DNA of 64,000 nt from the NCBI GenBank assembly GCA_965231105.1, contig OZ246417.1, positions 320,908-384,907 on the forward strand. The letters run 5' to 3'. The translations under genes were made by a program, and so were the position numbers. The notes under the pieces are model-generated. The model did no database searches and was not told the DNA's origin. It was given only the letters and a program-made list of their open reading frames with translations. Origin of the DNA: an uncultured Candidatus Saccharibacteria bacterium (GTDB lineage: Bacteria; Patescibacteriota; Saccharimonadia; Saccharimonadales; JACDBH01). This document shows positions 20,218-29,399 of this stretch, piece by piece (the stretch's first letter is position 1; every line of letters begins with the position of its first letter).

Positions 20218-21473
20218 TATCGTACCTTCAACCTTTCTGGCATGATCATATCGTTATCAAGCTGCTTGAGCACCTGGCTTTCTAAATTAGCCTCACCCAT
20301 GTAACGCACAAATAGTTCATTCCAAAGACTGCCGCGCATATGAGATATCACCCTATGCTCATACGGCGCCTGAATGAAGAATGAGGTTGCATTATCAAGA
20401 AGATTAAAGCTTACCGGCGCACCATCGCTTGAAATACCTACGTAATCGAGTCCTTGCCAAAAGCCAAACTCAGGATCAAGATCATACAGATGCTCTTCTG
20501 CCTTGCGCCAATATAAATCTTCCGGCTGTACATGGGGCTCAAAAATTTCTGGATGTTTCTCGTCTTCAAGATTACCGAAATAACGCTGGATAACTCGCCA
20601 GTGCACATGCGAACCAGCCATAATAGCCGTCTTATTGGCATCGCCAAGAAGCGTATCGGCAATAATCTTACCGAAGCCCGGCTTAACCTGTTGAAGCTTA
20701 AAGAATGCGCTATAAAGTCGTATTTCATTAATGTAATGGAAGAGAAGCGGCAATGTGGTCAGTGTGAGGCCGGGCATCCGTTCATGCTTTGGAGGGAGCA
20801 ATATAATAACGCCCAGTTCTTTTAAGTGCGATAAGATGTGACGATTCTTTCGTATTTCACTTTCAGCAAGATCTCCCCATCGCTCCTGAGAAAGCTGCAA
20901 TATTTCTATGTCACGGAGCTCAAAGTCTGAGGGCTGAAGCCTCTTATAGGTTTTTGTGAACTTCGTTAACCAACTGGTTGATTCAGCGAAGCGAATGGCG
21001 CCATACACCTCAAATAAGTTCTCTCGTTTCAGCATCGAGTCTACCGAGCTGTGATGAAGATGTTTCATAATCACCGGCGGTGGATTGTCATGAAGCAAGC
21101 GTTTCGCAACACTCTTTTTTAATACCCATACCTGACGGTTTACGTCTTTTGCTTCTGCTGCCTTTTTTATAAGGGGAAGAAGCGTATTTACATCACCCGC
21201 ATCCTGACAGCCAAGTTTTTTGGCTAGCAAGGCATCATGTAATTCCACCTTATTCTTGAGCGTCTGGTAGAGCTCCCGACCCGTGGTATCTCTTGGATCC
21301 AAGTCAAGTTGACGCATTTTTGTGTGACTTTTTTCAACCACCTCAGCTATTAGGCGGACATCTGCACCAGGACGACCACTACCATCCTCCAATTGTTTCA
21401 CCGCGAGCGTGAACAATGGCTCAGTTGCACCCAAAAGTTCTGATAAGAAGGTTCCCATTTCAACCATAAGCAT
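20217..21473 (-). CDS. Hypothetical protein (418 aa), translationally coupled to the SLOG-like gene
   Basis: Long uninterrupted ORF. I recognise no motif and no TM segments. Confidence 0.6.
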   Translation of the reverse strand: MLMVEMGTFLSELLGATEPLFTLAVKQLEDGSGRPGADVRLIAEVVEKSHTKMRQLDLDPRDTTGRELYQTLKNKVELHDALLAKKLGCQDAGDVNTLLPLIKKAAEAKDVNRQVWVLKKSVAKRLLHDNPPPVIMKHLHHSSVDSMLKRENLFEVYGAIRFAESTSWLTKFTKTYKRLQPSDFELRDIEILQLSQERWGDLAESEIRKNRHILSHLKELGVIILLPPKHERMPGLTLTTLPLLFHYINEIRLYSAFFKLQQVKPGFGKIIADTLLGDANKTAIMAGSHVHWRVIQRYFGNLEDEKHPEIFEPHVQPEDLYWRKAEEHLYDLDPEFGFWQGLDYVGISSDGAPVSFNLLDNATSFFIQAPYEHRVISHMRGSLWNELFVRYMGEANLESQVLKQLDNDMIMPERLKVR

Positions 21474-21518
21474 AACACAAAAATCATCGTATTATGGCCT
21501 AAATCGTTGCGATAAATT

Positions 21519-22508
21519 CTACATAGGGCTGGCTTTATACCAGTCCGGTGCATTTCGCAGTAAAGTAGTCAGCTGAGCCTCGGTCAAAAGCCCGTCTTGA
21601 GCTCCAACATGCTGTACAACATTCATTGAGTTGATAGGACCCCACTGTAAAGCCTCTTGCAGGCTATGACCCTTCATAAGCGCAGCAACAAAAGTAGATG
21701 CAAATGCGTCACCCGCGCCTGTTCGTTCCACGGGAGGACCTGGATCAGGATATACAGGCATGAAGAAGCGTCCTTCGGGGCTGCTTGCATATGCCCCTTT
21801 TGGTCCGTCAGTGATCACCACGGTCTTGGGACCTAGTGCATGAAGCTTATCAAAAAGGTCATGTACATCTTTCTCATCCCCGCCACCAACCTTAACGGCC
21901 TCTTGACGATTCAAGATCAAGACATTGCAGCGTTTGTACAATTTCTTCAGACGCTGAGCGCCCTCTTGCATCTGGAATGTACCAGGTTGGAACGCAAAGT
22001 TAATTTCAGGCTCATCTTCAAGCCACTCGACAAGATCGTCATGGAACGGGAGGGTGTTTTTACTAATAGAACTGAAGTAGATCCACTTGGGTTTATCTGA
22101 GGGATGAAGCTTTGGCCAGTGGTAGTCGTATTGTTCATGGTTGATGAGTATCGTGCGCTCTTCCTTATACCACAGCACATAGTGGTAATTACTGACCTTG
22201 CCACGATTGATATGAATATACCGCGTGTCTACCTTATTGTGCTGAAGTGTCTTAATCATGTCCCGGCCGTGCTGATCATCACCGACATTGGCAACAAGTC
22301 CACTATCGAGCCCGAGACGCGCAAAACTTACACTTGCATTCGCTGCATTACCAACACCTTCTTTAACTTCAGCGTGGTCAAAAGGCAACTTCGTCGCAAA
22401 AGGAATCGCAAGCCATGGGCCTTCTTCGTTATTGTAGGTATGGACAGTTTTATCGAGCAATTTTATAAATGCATCGGTTACGACATCGCCCACACTTAAG
22501 ACATCCAT
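21519..22508 (-). CDS. PfkB-family carbohydrate kinase
   Basis: Ribokinase-like fold with the C-terminal RTGAGDAFASTFVAAL motif. Confidence 0.85.
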   Translation of the reverse strand: MDVLSVGDVVTDAFIKLLDKTVHTYNNEEGPWLAIPFATKLPFDHAEVKEGVGNAANASVSFARLGLDSGLVANVGDDQHGRDMIKTLQHNKVDTRYIHINRGKVSNYHYVLWYKEERTILINHEQYDYHWPKLHPSDKPKWIYFSSISKNTLPFHDDLVEWLEDEPEINFAFQPGTFQMQEGAQRLKKLYKRCNVLILNRQEAVKVGGGDEKDVHDLFDKLHALGPKTVVITDGPKGAYASSPEGRFFMPVYPDPGPPVERTGAGDAFASTFVAALMKGHSLQEALQWGPINSMNVVQHVGAQDGLLTEAQLTTLLRNAPDWYKASPM

Positions 22509-22571
22509 GGTTTTCTTTATTTTCCTTATTTAGCTTATGCTTACCCTATAGTATGTCATGAAAGAGGCCTT

Positions 22572-23489
22572 TTAGGCAACGAGGGCCTTGCCGGCTGAAT
22601 TATAGAAACCAAGCTTTTCTTCTACCACTGCCTGAACAGCTGCAATAATCGGCTCCTGCAGTTTCACAATAGCGAATTCATCGGGATGCTCTTTAAGTTG
22701 CTGCTCGAGTGTTGTGCGATAGGCATAACGCATATCGGAGTTAACATTAATCTTAGTAACACCTATCTTTACTGCTTCCTCAAAAAAGTGGCCGTGTGTA
22801 CCACTGCCACCGTGCAGCGATATATTGCAGTCTATAGACTCTCTAATTCGCTTCAGAAGCTCGAGGTCTAGTTCTTTTGGCACGGGATATTTGCCGTGTA
22901 AATTACCCACTGCTGCCGCGAACGTATCAATGCCAGTCGCACCTACAAAAGTCTTAGCTCCTTCTGGCGTACTAAAAGTCTTCTTGATAGTTTCGTAATC
23001 AATACTTTCCGTATGAACATTTGAGCTTCCGCCAAAATAATGAGGTTCGCTTTCCACTAAGGCCCCGGTCGTTTTATTGGCGTATGCAACTACCTCTTTT
23101 GTGGCCTCAATAATTTCTTCATCCGCGGCTTCGTGATTAGCCTGAGAGATATCAATATGGATAAATTCAAAACCTGCATCTATACCTTTTTTGGCTGCCT
23201 CGACACTTGGACTATGATCGAGGTTAATATACATTTCGATGCAGTATTCGTCTTTAATGTTATCAACGAGATCACGCACATTCTGTAGACCCAATGCATC
23301 TACTTCTCCCTGGCTCAGCTCAACCATAACAGGGGCGTTATGTTTTTGTGCAGCCCTCGCAATTGCGACAAGCGTTTCGTAGTTATCGATATTAAAAGCG
23401 CCAATCGCAAAATGCTCAGATCTTGCGCGGGCCATTGCTTTTCGGGCCAGCTGACAGTTTTTTATGTAGAGGCTGGTCTTGTCTTTCAT
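22572..23489 (-). CDS. fba: Class II fructose-bisphosphate aldolase
   Basis: 305 aa. FAIGAFNI..., LDHS and LHGGSG zinc/phosphate-binding motifs. Confidence 0.9.
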   Translation of the reverse strand: MKDKTSLYIKNCQLARKAMARARSEHFAIGAFNIDNYETLVAIARAAQKHNAPVMVELSQGEVDALGLQNVRDLVDNIKDEYCIEMYINLDHSPSVEAAKKGIDAGFEFIHIDISQANHEAADEEIIEATKEVVAYANKTTGALVESEPHYFGGSSNVHTESIDYETIKKTFSTPEGAKTFVGATGIDTFAAAVGNLHGKYPVPKELDLELLKRIRESIDCNISLHGGSGTHGHFFEEAVKIGVTKINVNSDMRYAYRTTLEQQLKEHPDEFAIVKLQEPIIAAVQAVVEEKLGFYNSAGKALVA

Positions 23490-23504
23490 CCTTTGTGTGG
23501 CTCC

Positions 23505-24485
23505 TTATTTACGATGTTTTTTATCAACGACGTGATGAGCAGCAAGCATAATATGTTTTGCGGTAAGGCCAAAATGCTCAAGCAGATCCTGCGGATCGCC
23601 TGACTCGCCATACTGGTCCTTCATACCAACGCGAATAAGCGGCGTTGGATGTTCTTCGCCTAAAATCTCAGCAACTGCACCACCTAAGCCCCCGTTAATT
23701 TGTGCCTCTTCAACTGTTACCACGGCACCTGTCTTACGAGCGCTCCTTATAATAGTTTCGGTATCAAGCGGCTTGATAGTGCCGACATGTACCACTTCGG
23801 CATCAATGCCGTCTTTAAAGAGTCGCTCAGCTGCAAGAAGGGCTTGGTAGGTCATCGTCCCCGTTGCAACAATCGTTACGTCAGTTCCCGGATCAAACAC
23901 ATACGCTTTCCCTATCTTAAATGGCGTTTCTTCAGTCGTAAAAACAGGGGTTGCCTCACGAGCAAGACGCATATAATTGGGTCGTTTGTCTTTTGCCATG
24001 GCAAGAGTCATTTTTTCAGCCTCAATACTGTCACAGGGTGCGAGGACCACCATGTTTGGCAAAGATCGCATAAGAGCGATGTCTTCGAGCATCTGGTGGG
24101 TTGCACCATCTTTACCGGTATAAAGTCCGGCGTGCGAGCCAATAATCTTAACCGGCCGATCATTCAAACAAATAGTTGTCCGGATTTGCTCCCAGTTACG
24201 CCCCGGACTAAAAGCAGCATAACTGCTTACAAAGGGGATTTTTCCCATAGCGGCCAAGCCAGAACCGACCGTAACCAGGTTCTGTTCAGCAACACCAATC
24301 TCTATAAATCGATCAGGAAAGGCTTCTTTAAAAAGACTAATTTGTGTCGAGTCGGTCAGGTCGGCACAGGCGGCCACAACCTGCACATCCAGTTCACCTG
24401 CTTTTTTAAGGCCTCGGCCAAAGCCTTTACGAGTTGGCTCAAGATTGAGCTTTTTGGTGACATTGGTAATATGCAACTCTGCCAT
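23505..24485 (-). CDS. Transketolase, C-terminal (pyrimidine-binding) subunit
   Basis: IGVAEQNLVTVGSGLA, 326 aa. Split-tkt arrangement; the start overlaps the N-subunit stop at 24485. Confidence 0.9.
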   Translation of the reverse strand: MAELHITNVTKKLNLEPTRKGFGRGLKKAGELDVQVVAACADLTDSTQISLFKEAFPDRFIEIGVAEQNLVTVGSGLAAMGKIPFVSSYAAFSPGRNWEQIRTTICLNDRPVKIIGSHAGLYTGKDGATHQMLEDIALMRSLPNMVVLAPCDSIEAEKMTLAMAKDKRPNYMRLAREATPVFTTEETPFKIGKAYVFDPGTDVTIVATGTMTYQALLAAERLFKDGIDAEVVHVGTIKPLDTETIIRSARKTGAVVTVEEAQINGGLGGAVAEILGEEHPTPLIRVGMKDQYGESGDPQDLLEHFGLTAKHIMLAAHHVVDKKHRK

Positions 24486-25351
24486 TAGTCTTGCTCCGAC
24501 TTAATCTTGCCTTGAAGTGTACGAAGATCTTTGAGCGCTTCTTTTGCCTGCTCTTCATTCGGGGGCGATCCATGCCAATGGAAATCATATTCCATAAAGT
24601 CGACACCCTTACCAGGAATTGTGTGAGCAATGATCATCACGGGCTTTTCAACAACGGCCCGTGCCATAGCAGCAGCATCAATGACAGCCTCAATGTTATT
24701 GCCATCGATTTCAATGACATGCCAACCAAATGCCTCCCACTTATCCCGTAAGTCCTCAAGTGGCATAACAACTTCAGTGGGCCCATCAATTTGGATATTA
24801 TTACGATCAATGATGCCAATGATGTTATTAAGCTTGTATTTGCTGGCAAGCATAGCAGCTTCCCAGATATTGCCTTCATCAAGTTCACCGTCTCCTAGAA
24901 CCACATAGATCCAGCGGTGCATCACTTTATCCATGCGCATCGCTAGAGACATGCCACATGCTTGGCTTAAACCGCATCCCAACGGTCCACTGGTTGTCTC
25001 CATGCCAGGTAGTTTCAAACGCTCAGGATGACCCTGCAGCCGAGAACCAAACTGACGGAGTGTCATAAGTTCTTTACGATCAAAATAACCAGCATGCGCC
25101 ATCGTGGCATATCGTACCGGCACACAATGGCCGTTACTGAGGAGTAAAATGTCTCGCTTATCCCAGTCCGGATCCTTAGGATTGTGCTGTAAAATAGAAA
25201 AATACAGAGCCGTAAAAATGTCGGTAAGCCCTAAAGGACCAGCGGAATGTCCACTGCCAGCATGCTCCAGCATACGGATAATATCTTGACGTATGGCAAC
25301 GGCCTTAAGTTCTAGCTCTTCAGTTGTGAACGCCATATCAGTCCGACTCAT
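24485..25351 (-). CDS. Transketolase, N-terminal (TPP-binding) subunit
   Basis: GSGHSAGPLG and GDGELDEGNIWEA (TPP GDG motif), 288 aa. Confidence 0.9.
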   Translation of the reverse strand: MSRTDMAFTTEELELKAVAIRQDIIRMLEHAGSGHSAGPLGLTDIFTALYFSILQHNPKDPDWDKRDILLLSNGHCVPVRYATMAHAGYFDRKELMTLRQFGSRLQGHPERLKLPGMETTSGPLGCGLSQACGMSLAMRMDKVMHRWIYVVLGDGELDEGNIWEAAMLASKYKLNNIIGIIDRNNIQIDGPTEVVMPLEDLRDKWEAFGWHVIEIDGNNIEAVIDAAAMARAVVEKPVMIIAHTIPGKGVDFMEYDFHWHGSPPNEEQAKEALKDLRTLQGKIKSEQD

Positions 25352-25355
25352 TTCC

Positions 25356-25985
25356 TCATTTTGCTAATGCTGCTACCAGTGTATCATAAGCGTCTTCGGG
25401 AGAGGCGGCATCATGAATAAAGCCCCCCGTATTGAGCACATCTACGCCACCTTCTGATAATGTCCTGGCATTTTTATCGTTTACTCCGCCATCCCAGCCA
25501 ATCTCAAGTGAAGGCTTTTGAGACTTCAAGGCGGTAACTTTTTCAAGAAGCTGAAGGTCTGCTTCTCCACCAAAATGTCCTAAGTCCCCGCTAAAAACCA
25601 ATACATGATCCACATAAGGCAAGAGTGGGATGATTTGATCAACGGAAGTGTCTTTTAATAAGGCCACACCAAGTTTAATGCCCATACCTTTGGCCTCCTG
25701 GATAAACGTCTCTATTTCTTCCGACTCTGCATGGATGATTATAAGATGAGGCTGCATACTAATAGCCTCCTCTAAAACCTTGAGGGGTCGTTTATACATA
25801 ATATGAAAATCCACCATTAGTGGAGGCTGCCACCATACCTGAGAAGGACGTAACGAATGCGTGGGCGCAAATTCACCATCCATAAAATCAATGTGCACTC
25901 TTTCGGCAAATGGCTGCAAGCGTTCTAGCTGGCGTTGATACTCTTTGGTATCAGCCGCCATAATTGTTGGGCTGATTACTGACAT
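25356..25985 (-). CDS. rpe: Ribulose-phosphate 3-epimerase family protein (divergent)
   Basis: ISPTIMAAD...VHIDFMDGEFAP parallels IAPSILSAD...HVDVMDGHFVP of RPE. TIM-barrel length. Confidence 0.7.
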   Translation of the reverse strand: MSVISPTIMAADTKEYQRQLERLQPFAERVHIDFMDGEFAPTHSLRPSQVWWQPPLMVDFHIMYKRPLKVLEEAISMQPHLIIIHAESEEIETFIQEAKGMGIKLGVALLKDTSVDQIIPLLPYVDHVLVFSGDLGHFGGEADLQLLEKVTALKSQKPSLEIGWDGGVNDKNARTLSEGGVDVLNTGGFIHDAASPEDAYDTLVAALAK

Positions 25986-26428
25986 TAGAACTCATCCATC
26001 TCTTGAATGCGTCGAATGAATCGAGGCGCAGCAGCAAAGGGCGTCATCAAAAAAGTATGGACCAGATCTTCAAAACTACCTGCTTCGATAAGCTCAGCAG
26101 GCAAACAAAGCACATTGGCATCATCGTCGTTTCGGGCCGAGCGTATAGTTTTCTCATCATAGCCAAGAGCCGCACGGATACCCTTAAACCGATTTGCCGC
26201 CATACACATGCCTTGACCGCTACCACAAATTAAAATACCTCGTGGTTCTTTATCTTTCGAAGCATGCATCTTTACCACGACCTTGTACGCAAAGGTCGGG
26301 TAATCATCATCCGGATTAAGCGTGGCCGCACTGTCATCTTCTACGTCATAACCAGCGCTAATAAGGTAGGCTTTTACTGCCTTTCTTGCCTCAAAACCTC
26401 GATGGTCGGCTCCAATAAAAATTTTCAT
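25985..26428 (-). CDS. rpiB: Ribose-5-phosphate isomerase B
   Basis: MKIFIGADHRGFE...ILICGSGQGMCMAANR, RpiB/LacAB family. Confidence 0.9.
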   Translation of the reverse strand: MKIFIGADHRGFEARKAVKAYLISAGYDVEDDSAATLNPDDDYPTFAYKVVVKMHASKDKEPRGILICGSGQGMCMAANRFKGIRAALGYDEKTIRSARNDDDANVLCLPAELIEAGSFEDLVHTFLMTPFAAAPRFIRRIQEMDEF

Positions 26429-26434
26429 GCTTGC

Positions 26435-27472
26435 TTACTTTTCTGGGTGACCATGCCCTTTAGTGTGCAACAAACGACCGACATCTGCGACATTCTCTAC
26501 CAAGCGGTTACTGTAACCCCATTCGTTATCATACCAGGCAACGACTTTTAACATTGTTCCTTCGATAACAGCGGTAAGTTTGAGATCAACAATTGCTGAA
26601 TGGCTGTTGCCAATAAAGTCCCTGCTTACAAGTTCCTCTTCGGTTACATCCAAGATACCCTCGTAAAATGGTGTCTTTGCGGCCTTCTTAAAAGCCTCGT
26701 TTACCTCTTCGACAGTAACAGGCTTCTTCGTAATAATCACGAAATCGCTGAGTGAAACCACTGGGGTCGGAACACGAATGCTTAAGCCTCCAAAGATCCC
26801 CTTCAGTGCCGGTAGCGCTTGTGCTGCGGCAATTGATGCACCCGTCGTGGTGGGCACAATATTCTCGGCAGCATTGCGACCTTCGCGTAGGTCTTTCGAT
26901 GGGGCATCTTGCAAGGCCTGAGATGCGGTATAGCTATGAATAGTAGTCATCATGGCCTTTTCAATGCCAAAGTTGCTTTCAATCACTGCCGCAACTGGTG
27001 TAATACAGTTGGTCGTACAAGAAGCGTTGCTGATAATTTCTCCAGCCTCTTCCAACTTGTCTTCATTCACACCCAGGACGATGGTGGTGGCACCTTCGCC
27101 TTTTGCCGGCGCGCTGATAACCACCTTTTTTGCACCAGCATCAATATGAGCCTTGGCCTTAGCAGGATCTACAAAAAAGCCGGTTGATTCAATAACAACG
27201 TCAACATGAAGCTCTTCCCAGGGAAGAAGGGCCGGATCGCGTTCGGCAAGGACCTTAATTTCTTTACCATCAACTTTAATGTGGTGTTCATCAAAAGAAA
27301 CATCATGAGCATAGGTACCGTAATTACTATCATGTTTTAGGAGGTTCGCGAGTGTCTTGGTATCGGTAAGGTCATTAATAGCAACTATCTCAAGGTCGCT
27401 TCGTTCAAAGGCAACTTTAAAAGCATTGCGTCCAATGCGACCAAAACCATTAATTGCTACTTTTGTTTTCAC
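26435..27472 (-). CDS. gap: Glyceraldehyde-3-phosphate dehydrogenase (GTG start)
   Basis: INGFGRIGR NAD motif, active site SCTTNC, WYDNEWGYS. Confidence 0.95.
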   Translation of the reverse strand: MKTKVAINGFGRIGRNAFKVAFERSDLEIVAINDLTDTKTLANLLKHDSNYGTYAHDVSFDEHHIKVDGKEIKVLAERDPALLPWEELHVDVVIESTGFFVDPAKAKAHIDAGAKKVVISAPAKGEGATTIVLGVNEDKLEEAGEIISNASCTTNCITPVAAVIESNFGIEKAMMTTIHSYTASQALQDAPSKDLREGRNAAENIVPTTTGASIAAAQALPALKGIFGGLSIRVPTPVVSLSDFVIITKKPVTVEEVNEAFKKAAKTPFYEGILDVTEEELVSRDFIGNSHSAIVDLKLTAVIEGTMLKVVAWYDNEWGYSNRLVENVADVGRLLHTKGHGHPEK

Positions 27473-27525
27473 GACGACAATACCCCCCTGTTATATAGGG
27501 TTATTGTATATGCTTATGCTTACGC

Positions 27526-27690
27526 CTACAAGGGATTATCGGATGATTCAAAAACATGCGGCAACAAGGCAGGTATCGTTTCGTGTGGTGCCGCCAAGTC
27601 TGACAGCGCCAGATTTAAAATCGCTCGCTGAGTTCTGATTCTACTGGGGATCTGCGGTTGTTCTATGATATCTTCATTCTGTTCAGACAT
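27526..27690 (-). CDS. Possible small ORF (54 aa), not in the ORF track
   Basis: My own translation gives MSEQNEDIIEQPQIPSRIRTQRAILNLALSDLAAPHETIPALLPHVFESSDNPL. The ATG lies 2 nt after the stop of the upstream gene. The ORF fills most of an otherwise 220 nt gap. No homology recognised. Confidence 0.25.
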   Translation of the reverse strand: MSEQNEDIIEQPQIPSRIRTQRAILNLALSDLAAPHETIPALLPHVFESSDNPL

Positions 27691-27692
27691 TT

Positions 27693-28133
27693 TTATAGAC
27701 TTTCGCTCGGAGCCATGGGTTCATTCACGCGAATTTCCGTAACATCTCTTAAGCTAAATATGTAATGACCGAGGTCATTGTCAGTATCATGTACGATCAA
27801 ATGTACTTCACCTTTTTCCCCAGGAAAGGCTTGTACATGTCGGCCTATCAGCACAGTGGGCGGCCATTTTTTTCTGTCTGTTTTAGAATAGTTTGTAATT
27901 TCAGTTGCAGTTCGTCTACCGAGGTGATGAACCGGCACCACGCGCTTGCTCGGGTAACCTGTTATGTTAAGTGTCGTACCTTTAGGCACATTGTTAACCC
28001 ATTCTGCAAGCTGCTCATCGTGTGACCGAAGTCTCCTTGCCGCATCCTCTACACCACGTATTGCTACCTCACGACCTACTTGGATTGATGCAAGTTCATC
28101 CGTTGGGGTATGAAAAGCAGCTTCATGTGGCAT
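27693..28133 (-). CDS. Hypothetical protein
   Basis: Start moved to MPHEAAF at 28133 (SD AGAGG; 2 nt after the ppa stop). The ORF is open to 28163. Confidence 0.55.
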   Translation of the reverse strand: MPHEAAFHTPTDELASIQVGREVAIRGVEDAARRLRSHDEQLAEWVNNVPKGTTLNITGYPSKRVVPVHHLGRRTATEITNYSKTDRKKWPPTVLIGRHVQAFPGEKGEVHLIVHDTDNDLGHYIFSLRDVTEIRVNEPMAPSESL

Positions 28134-28135
28134 TA

Positions 28136-28666
28136 TTACCTCTGGCTCCAGCGCTGCTGGCACTCTTTTATAATCTTCTTAGCGTCTTCAATGTTGCCCC
28201 AGCCAAGAACCTTGGTGCTGCCTGGTTTCTTCAGATCTTTATAGTGAGTGAAGTGGTGTTCAATCTTTTGCTTAAAGCGCTCGTGAAGGTCATCAATGCT
28301 ATTGATTGCATTATCAGTATTGCGGTCATCGGCTGGCACGCAAATTACTTTGTGATCAGCTTCGCCATCATCTTCGAAGTTTAATACGCCGAGGACTTTA
28401 GCCTGCACAACGACACCGGTTGGAATCGGATCGTTGCTCACAACTAACGTATCGAGTTCATCGCCATCTTCATCAAGTGTCTGAGGGATAAAGCCGTAAT
28501 TAGTAGGCTTCGCAAAAATGCTTGGCTCAACACGATCAAGTTCAAAGGCAGCCTTTTCGCGATTCCATTCAATCTTGAGTGTTGACCATTTTGGAATCTC
28601 TACCACTGTTGTAATAACACCACCGTCAACATCACCGGCATCGTAAATATCGTTAAAATCAGCCAT
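28136..28666 (-). CDS. ppa: Inorganic pyrophosphatase (family I)
   Basis: 176 aa. EIPKWS..K.E, YGFIPQTLDEDGDELDTLVV motifs. Confidence 0.9.
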   Translation of the reverse strand: MADFNDIYDAGDVDGGVITTVVEIPKWSTLKIEWNREKAAFELDRVEPSIFAKPTNYGFIPQTLDEDGDELDTLVVSNDPIPTGVVVQAKVLGVLNFEDDGEADHKVICVPADDRNTDNAINSIDDLHERFKQKIEHHFTHYKDLKKPGSTKVLGWGNIEDAKKIIKECQQRWSQR

Positions 28667-28718
28667 TAGCTCGCGTGCTCCTCTTATATTTCGCTAAAAA
28701 TATTGTACACTAGTTTTA

Positions 28719-29399
28719 ATGAAAATCATCGGCCACCGAGGCGCTGCGGATCTGGCTCCGGAAAATACTATCAAATCTATTAAGCGAGGTATCGCGGAAG
28801 GCGTGGACGCAGTGGAGTTCGATGTCCGCCAAACAAAAGATGGTGTGTTTGTTCTCCTTCACGACGAAGATCTTTTGCGTATCGCAGGGGCTAATACCAA
28901 AATTGCAGATATATCTGTGGCCAGCGCAAAAGCTATCGACCCTTTTAGTGGCGAGCCGATTCCTACCCTAGACGAGGCACTCGAAGCCCGCGGTAAAACA
29001 ATGGCTGTTGTTGAAGCAAAGGGTGGCGATTGGGCAAAGCAATTAGTTGCAGCCCTCAAAAAACATATGCCCAGCCTTCATGTTTGTGTTATAGCCTTTA
29101 ACCATCAAGAGCTCGCTTTGTTTCATGAACTCCTCAAAGATGTACCATGCTACGCGCTCGAAGAAAGAAGACCCTTTAAGGCGATACGATTCGCCAAGAA
29201 AGCAGGATTTAGCGGAATCGATTTGCACTATAAACTTATTAATCCGTTTACCTACCTCTACGCGCGTTTGCACAGACTAGATGTTATTTGTTACACCGTG
29301 AACCGTCCGTCCGTGATGCGGTACTTACGAAGATTTTATCCACGTGTCGCGATAACCACCAACCGTCCTGACCTGCTCAAGAAAATTATTGAAGACTAA
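28719..29399 (+). CDS. Glycerophosphodiester phosphodiesterase family protein
   Basis: IIGHRGAADLAPENT...EFDV..TKDG..VLLHD, GDPD signature. Confidence 0.85.
   Translation: MKIIGHRGAADLAPENTIKSIKRGIAEGVDAVEFDVRQTKDGVFVLLHDEDLLRIAGANTKIADISVASAKAIDPFSGEPIPTLDEALEARGKTMAVVEAKGGDWAKQLVAALKKHMPSLHVCVIAFNHQELALFHELLKDVPCYALEERRPFKAIRFAKKAGFSGIDLHYKLINPFTYLYARLHRLDVICYTVNRPSVMRYLRRFYPRVAITTNRPDLLKKIIED

Noticed and set aside
23700-24488. 262 aa plus-strand ORF in the track.
   Set aside because: It is entirely antisense to the transketolase C-terminal subunit gene, which has unmistakable homology. The antisense product is Cys/Ser/Arg-rich and low in information.
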